A DNA stretch of 64,000 nucleotides. It comes from Pelagomonas calceolata (Eukaryota). The notes under the pieces are model-generated. The model was given only the letters and a program-made list of their open reading frames with translations, was not told where the DNA came from and made no database searches. Shown piece by piece: positions 62,496-64,000 of the stretch; the stretch's first letter is position 1; the number at the start of each line of letters is the position of its first letter. The position numbers and the translations under genes are program-made. The stretch lies in assembly GCA_918797485.1 (NCBI GenBank), contig CAKKNE010000002.1, forward strand, positions 2,480,001 to 2,544,000, in the 5' to 3' direction.

Positions 62496-64000
62496 TTACT
62501 CTTCGTAGGCTGCGACGAGTGCATGGACTTCAGACGTTGGACGCGTGAGCGTCGGCACGTCCGCGCCGGCGACCGGGTAGGCCTCCCTAAACTCGCACGA
62601 CGCCGCCGTCGCCGCCGTGATAGTGTAAACGACGCCGTCGAGCTCAAACGTTTCATCTGCAACTCCGCGACGACCGTCGCGGACGCGCGTCTTCGACGGG
62701 CGCGGACGGGCTCGACGGCCGTCTCCGGCGGTGGCAACGGCGACGGCGCCGTCAGATTCGTCACGTTCGTGGCACCGGCCTCGGCGGGCGACTTGACCTC
62801 GAAGCGGGCGTTGAGCTTCAATTCGCCGGTGTCGACGTTGTAAGTGCACGCCACCCGCACGAGCTTTGCTGAACTCGTCCAGCGTCGTCGGCACCCTCGT
62901 CTCCTTGAAGCCGCCTTTTAGGGGTACTCGTAGACCGCGTCGCCGCGCCAAGATCCGGAACTCGCTCTCCAGGCGCACCACGTCATCGCCGCTAAGCGAG
63001 GTCCGCCGCCCGGTAGAACTGGAGGCGCGTCACGTCGGCGCCGCCTGGCCGCCCGCGCGCCACGACGCGCTTCGCCGTGAACTTCTCGATCCACATGCCC
63101 GACGAGCGAGAGGTAGGCCCAGTACAACTTCGAAACACACGTCGTAACGGTACCGCTTCTTCTTTTTCCCGCGGAGGAGCTCGCCTGACGGCATCAGCAA
63201 CGGCGACGCGCACGTTTAACAAGTCCCACAAGCCGCCATCGTCGACGGCCTGTCGTCGATCAGCGACGCGACGCGCCTGGAAGCGGTCGCAGCGCCGGCG
63301 ACGTACCATCAAACCACTGGTCGAGGGTGTAGACTCGCGCGAGGCCGTCGTAGGCACCACTTCTGGCCTTGTCCTGCGACACGACCCACACAGGCCCCAC
63401 GACGGAGGTCACCGAGACCTCTCTAGAAGTCGACGAGAGGACGACATCGCAGGTGGACGCAGTCGACCTGTTGATGTGTTTGGGCAACGCGTCGATCTTG
63501 TAGAGCTCCAAGACCTCGATCCTGAGGACGATTTGGGGCTGCAGGAAGACGACCATGCTGCCGTCCTTGAGCAACAACAGCGAGTCGCCCGAGAAGATGG
63601 GTCCGACCTTCGGGGCGAAGAACGGCGTCGTCGTCGCGCGGCGAGGACGTCCGGCGCGCTCGGGAGCGCGCGCCACCGTGACGGCGGTCTCCTCCTTCTT
63701 CACGACGAAGCGGTTCCGAGCCCTGCGCGAACGGCTGGACCTGCACAGTGTCGCCGACGACGGCAATGGCGGTGCCCTCGACGCGCTCGTCGTCGCAGGC
63801 GACGACGACGCTGTCCAGGGACTGCGGGGCGCGGTTTGTTATGGTCTGAAGGACCCGCGGCCGCGCCGCGCCGTCGCCGCGCGCGCTTCTGGGACGACGA
63901 GGGCGCTTTCCCCCGCCGTCCGCGGCGCCTCTTCAGCCCCTGTTTCTTGGGGGCGGGGTCCGGGGACGGCGGCGGCGCGCGGCGCGACCGCGCGGCGCGG
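62496..64000 (-). pseudogene. Accessory BAH-like ORF of copy 2, multiply frameshifted, 5' end outside the window
   Basis: Fragments 62496-62981, 62992-63360 and 63260-63766 match the copy 1 ORF. Confidence 0.7.

Larger units (their letters stand above)
58940..64000 (+). mobile_element. TIR DNA transposon, copy 2 (same orientation; right end beyond the window)
   Basis: Starts CACTACGGCCTACTGGTAGGAT; near-identical to 49686-~54730. Confidence 0.93.

Noticed and set aside
1..64000. Hundreds of overlapping Arg/Ala/Pro-rich ORFs in the track
   Set aside because: Shadow ORFs of high-GC coding DNA, in alternative frames or antisense to recognisable genes.

Overview
Gene-dense, GC-rich, almost intron-free eukaryotic DNA. 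A fucoxanthin-type LHC and ASAFAP-like plastid leaders point to a photosynthetic stramenopile; a pelagophyte is my inference. About 30 host genes are recognisable, including the XRN2 3' part, a SET methyltransferase, FMO, NDH-2, an SK-type K+ channel, C1GALT-like, RRP1, GS-hydroquinone reductase, eIF3L, GCN1, Hsp70, LHC and a PRIM2-like gene. Highlights: (1) two near-identical direct copies of a ~5.3 kb DNA transposon (49686-54968 complete; 58940 to the window end) with 22-bp CACTACG-starting TIRs. It encodes a ~1100-aa RAG1/Transib-like DDE transposase with SAP-like inserts and, tail-to-tail, a BAH/Tudor-like partner ORF, i.e. a ProtoRAG-like layout with a non-kelch partner. (2) A CxxU Rdx-family selenoprotein missed by the ORF track, with a clear SECIS whose apical loop lacks the usual AA. 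(3) A Tox-ART-HYD1-like ADP-ribosyltransferase with a signal peptide. (4) An EF-hand/Tic20 fusion, an introner-like intron, an in-frame uORF abutting the SET gene, an AT-rich 155-bp structured dimer and a recurring post-stop motif. All family assignments are by eye from motifs; no searches were run.
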